In this document: in pieces, positions 59,701 to 64,000 of the stretch
Layout: every line of letters starts with the position of its first letter
How positions within the stretch are numbered: the first letter of the stretch is position 1
Origin: Chrysomallon squamiferum
Lineage: Eukaryota; Animalia; Mollusca
Reading direction: 5' to 3'
Assembly: GCA_012295275.1 (NCBI GenBank)
Contig: CM022665.1
Coordinates: forward strand, 12,028,001 to 12,092,000
Length of the DNA stretch: 64,000 nucleotides
Position numbers and translations under genes: made by a program
Notes under the pieces: model-generated
The model's input: only the letters and a program-made list of their open reading frames with translations
Database searches by the model: none
Told to the model about the DNA's origin: nothing

Positions 59701-61504
59701 ATAATAAACAAAAGTAATATAATAATAATAATAAGAAGAAAAATAAAGAAAGAAAGAAAGAAAAAAAAAAAAATTTAAAGTTCAAGTTAAAGACTACTAC
59801 AATAATCATCAACATACAGACATTTATCTAGGTGAAAACTATTATTCTACTATAAAGGATTATCATGTACTGTTTATTTTTCTTTACGTATATTATACTG
59901 ACCGTTTACCCACTTATTTACCCTCAGTGTTAAATATATTTTTAGTGCGTCAGTTAAATGTACATTAATTAATTAACTGATTCCTTGTCTTCTGAAAACC
60001 TTTTGTAGAAAGAGAAAAATGAAAAAAGTAAAAATACACTGAATGCTGTTTACTGGGTTTGTTATTAAGACGAGACCCGAGGTCTTAAAAGCAATTTGTA
60101 ATTTAGTTAAATTTTACAGTCAGTGTCGTTTACGACTTTGGCAAAACAGTCCCGTGAATCATCGAGTTAAAACATTTTTTTCTGAGTCAGTTTTACGAGT
60201 TTTACTATTTTGGATGGCGACAAATATACGCAAAGAACCCAGCTAGTACATTTAAAAAAATAAAAATGTTTTTGGGCTCGAAGATCGCTCTCATGTCTGG
60301 CATCATCTATACAGTTTGCTAGCTAGGAATGTTCATTTAGACGATTTTCATTTCGAAGTTACTTCCAAAGCAGTGGTGTCGACAAAAATATATTTAGTAA
60401 CAAAGAAAAAAAAAAAAACGTCCCAAATTATAAAAATCCCAAAGCAGGTTTCTTTTCTTTTTTCTTTCCTTTTCTTTTGTATTTCATTTTGTTAATGCAG
60501 CTTAGCAAATTTGGCAAAGAAGAGATACATCCAGTCACTGTTTGCACTACATAAATATTCGCAGTGAAAGACATGTAGAACCCGTCGAAACAAGCGTGCA
60601 AATTTAACCAATCACAGCCTTTCAACCAAAAAATTAACCAATGAAATTTGCATGGAAAAAATGCAACAGTCGAAGCTTACATTCAAAAAGATAACCAGTG
60701 ATAGCTTGCATAAAAAAATTCCTAGTTTATATCGACAAATAGAAGTAATCAAAGCTTTCATCCATTTATTTAATTATAATCAATTGTAAGCTTTCACCGA
60801 AAATTACTACCAGTTAAAGGTTGTATCCAAATATGCAGTCATTCGGAGGAGGCATCCAGACTTATAATCAATCAAAACTTTCATCTAAAAGCATAACTAA
60901 TAAAAGAATGAATAGAAAAAATAAATAAAGAAAGAAAAAGAACGATCAAAGCTTCCTTTAGATAAACCTATTTCAGCTATGGTTAATCAACATATTAATA
61001 AATAAATAAATAAAAAATATAAAAATAAAAATAAAAATAATAAATAAATAAATGAAAATGAAAATTGATAGATAAATTACTGAATCATATTATTTTTACA
61101 CTTTATATGTACACCGTGTTGTTTTAAAATTTATTTCAGAAGTGAAGACAAGCACAAGCACGGAATCAAACACCAACACGACGACAACAGCAGCCACAAC
61201 TACGACCACAGCAGCCACAACTACCGCCAAGGCATTACCCGACAGCAATGAAGTGAGTACATTTCTGTTAATCTGTCTATATGCACAAAACAGAATACTG
61301 AGAATGAGATGAAATAACTTATTCTAAAAAGACAATTTCAAACAATATAAATTTCAAAATACTATATTTCTACATTTCTTTTAATTCCGATTAGTTTAAT
61401 TATTTTTCACATTTTAAGTATGTATGTGTGGGTCTAAGTGTGTGTGTGTGTATATATGTACACGTTTGAGAACTGTCTTTAATTTTTCACTCAGCAGATA
61501 TATA

Positions 61505-61597
<93 letters not shown>

Positions 61598-62064
61598 ATC
61601 TACAGAGAAAAAGAAAGAGAATTAGACACATAGAATGAGATAGGTAGATATATAGAGAAATACGGATGAAAAAGAGAAACCATCGAATAGAACAATAAAA
61701 AAAAAAAAAATCCATTCTGAAACTAATATCCAAACACTATACACAAAACAAATGGGAAATATTCTGCATACGATATGGTTTTATAGCTATTGTATGTGAC
61801 AGTTATTTATTAATATTTCAAACTCTATTTCAGGACGAGGTTTCGGATAACCTAATAAAAGGGCTCGCAACTGGTTTTGGTGTAATATTCGGAATAATAC
61901 TTTTCTTTATCACGCTATGGTGCATCTGTTGTGGAAACTGTTGTCAAGGCAAAAAGAAGCAGCCCGACAACCGCCGGATTCTGAGAAAAATTGGACCGAC
62001 GCCATCTCCGCCACGATCTGGAACGACAACTCGGTCTACCGTTCGTTCCTTTCAGTCGTCATAG
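44355..62064 (+). CDS. Uncharacterised small type I single-pass membrane protein with a Thr-rich mucin-like ectodomain (~142 aa); the link to the first exon is inferred
   Basis: Exon 44355-44439 ([28 protein letters not shown], strong phase-1 donor G|GTAAGT). Exon 61140-61252 (phase 1 to 0; [37 protein letters not shown]; donor GTGAGT). Exon 61834-62064 ([43 protein letters not shown]...RSFQSS*). Splice phases are compatible throughout. Confidence 0.6.
47050..47358 (+). mobile_element. Degenerate Mutator-like (MULE) transposase fragment, frameshifted
   Basis: The first frame reads [19 protein letters not shown]...[19 protein letters not shown]. After a frameshift at ~47190 it reads [55 protein letters not shown]-x-x-DGTFK...LFYQL-x-TI is the first catalytic-Asp motif of MULE transposases (DGTFK at 47305-47319). 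Truncated on both sides. Confidence 0.85.
53625..53730. repeat. Three diverged copies of a ~25-bp unit
   Basis: ATGACTGCTCAATTCAAGGATTA (53625), ATGATTGCTCAATTCAGGGATTA (53659, followed by an extra TTCAGGGATTA) and ACGATTGTTCAGTTCAGGAATTA (53705). Confidence 0.75.
54975..55144. mobile_element. Short GC-rich MITE-like non-autonomous DNA transposon relic
   Basis: 170-bp GC-rich island bounded by CAGGG...CCCTG, with internal GGCCCCCGGGCAA and GGGGCCC motifs of the kind seen in such elements. No clear TSD. Confidence 0.55.
57125..57164. repeat. Small GC-rich stem-loop, probable hAT-type MITE remnant
   Basis: CGTACCCCTGG (57125-57135) pairs with CCAGGGGATACG (57153-57164) with one bulge. Confidence 0.45.
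58445..58520. repeat. (ATAC)n microsatellite
   Basis: Read directly from the sequence. Confidence 0.9.
61140..62064 (+). CDS. Last two coding exons (Thr-rich stalk; TM helix, Cys cluster and cytoplasmic tail) of the membrane-protein gene
   Basis: Acceptors ttatttcAG (61138-61139) and ctatttcAG (61832-61833); donor GTGAGT at 61253; GC-richer than the flanks; frame open to TAG 62062-62064. The ORF track call at 61917-62099 is a different frame. Confidence 0.85.
61509..61594. repeat. (GA)n microsatellite in the last intron of the membrane-protein gene
   Basis: Read directly from the sequence. Confidence 0.95.
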
Positions 62065-62134
62065 AAGTTAATATTATAAAATACGGAGAGCTGAAATAGT
62101 ACCAATAATTAAAAAAAAAAAAAAAAAAAAAAAT

Positions 62135-62168
<34 letters not shown>

Positions 62169-63100
62169 GAGGAGGAGAAAAATGGGGAGAGTATGTCTTT
62201 CACTGCTTGTTCATGTTAAACTGAAACATGATATTGGATATGTACATGGTTGGAGGAACGGCATAACGATTAATATAACAGGACATTTTTACTACAGTTT
62301 CATGTTCTGAAATAGTCTGGTCTCATTGTCGATATAGTAGATAGGGGTTCCGAGGGGGTCTGGGCAGAGTAATAGCAGTTATTTTGCCACATAATTTTAG
62401 GGTGTTTTTCGTCTTCTTTTCTCCATTGCAATAAAAGTAATTTGATTTTGAATGAGATGGCGGTCCCTTTTCAGAAGTTATAACACCTGTTATTTGTAAA
62501 GATTTATGTAAAATATGTTGATATAGTATATAGTTAGTTTGAGAATTTTGTTTGGATGAATGTAAGAAGTAGTAACTTTGTAAACTTTGAGACATAAACT
62601 GGAAACCCAAAGCAATATAAACAGCAACAACAAAATAGCGTTTATAGCTTTTTGTTACTCCCTCATATATATACATATACATACGTACGTACATGCATAC
62701 ATATATACAAATACACGTACATGCATACATACATACATACTGACATTTGTAGACATATAAATACATAAATGTATTTGCATACATGTAATTACCAAAATCA
62801 GCCGACAAGAAATCCAACCAAAATCTGGAAATGAAATGCATTATCCGTCGAAAATTTATTCATATTTTGATGATTTTAATTTAAGAAGTTATGAATTGCA
62901 ATGGCTTGCCTTAAGATGACATTAACCATCTTGTTAAAAATGTTATGTATAGTATAATCTTGATGTATTTTATATTTATTTCATTTGTGTGTGTACGTGC
63001 GTGTGTGCGTATATATTCATTTCACATTGTTTTTTTTGTTGGGGTTTTTTGGGGTAATATTGTAATTTTAGAATTTTTATTTTATACTTGTTTCCCAAAA

Positions 63101-63210
<110 letters not shown>

Positions 63211-64000
63211 AATAATCAGTCAAGAGCAATAATTATAAAGAACAAGAATAAATATTAAAATCTGTAGTTTTCAATTAATACAATAAATGAAAAATCTAAA
63301 ATAACTGGATATAAAAACGAATCAACAAAGTAACATGGACTTTAGATATTAAAGTGATTCAGTCTTTGTAGAGATTTTGCACCTATTGTAAATTTCGTCC
63401 TGTATTAAATAAAGCACAAGTAATGGTATTATATAATTCATAATTATGAAGTGCACCGAATTAATGCGTTTTTATTATATTAATATTCAACTATGTGTAG
63501 TAATATATACTAAGATAATTATTATAAAAAAAAAAAAAAAAGTATAATATTTTAATATAGAATAAAATTATATGATAATCGTTATGAGTAAATCGGTAAA
63601 TAAGTAAGTAAATAAATATATAGATAAATAATACAAAATATAATAATAATAATAATAATAATGAAATGTTGATGTTATGCATCATTTATAAATTACTTCC
63701 CAATAAAATTAATAATTCACCACCACCACCAACAACAACAATAATAACAAAAATAATAAATTCCTGTATAACTGAAAATAATTTTTTTTTTTTTTTTAAT
63801 TTGTGCATTTTGTTATGACTGATTTAAAAAAAATAGAGGTGATATAGATATATTTTTAATATTAAAATACTCAGTAATGTCCTATATCCTTCTGTTTCAC
63901 ATTTAGATTTTAATTTTGTGCCTTAAATGTTGTTGTAACCCTTTATATACTTTTGCAATTTGTAAACCCTTTTCAGTACCTTAATTCCAAAATGGCATCA

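Noticed and set aside
61917-62099. Track [15 protein letters not shown]...
   Set aside because: Alternative frame of the real TM-encoding exon 61834-62064.
62323-62841. Longest ORF in the track (172 aa, - strand)
   Set aside because: Partly built from (TATG)n repeats, no recognisable domain, and antisense to the probable 3'UTR of the membrane-protein gene.

Overview
AT-rich, microsatellite-rich eukaryotic DNA, most likely from an invertebrate animal (species not identifiable from this window). The left ~38.7 kb is a compact, CpG-depleted housekeeping cluster. It holds the last coding exon of a SNAP-25/23-like SNARE (+), a complete 14-exon protein phosphatase 5 gene (PPP5C, +) with two minor-spliceosome (U12) introns of which one is AT-AC, and a 5-exon NTPCR (-) placed head-to-head with a 5-exon LRRC57 (+), their ATGs 247 bp apart. 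CpG density rises sharply at ~38.8 kb, next to a CTCF-like motif. The right ~25 kb holds a frameshifted MULE transposase relic, MITE-like remnants, motif clusters and a small gene that the ORF track misses. That gene encodes a ~142-aa single-pass mucin-like membrane protein (signal exon 44355-44439, ~16.7-kb intron, exons 61140-61252 and 61834-62064). All gene models were assembled by hand from splice signals and reading-frame continuity; no database searches were run.
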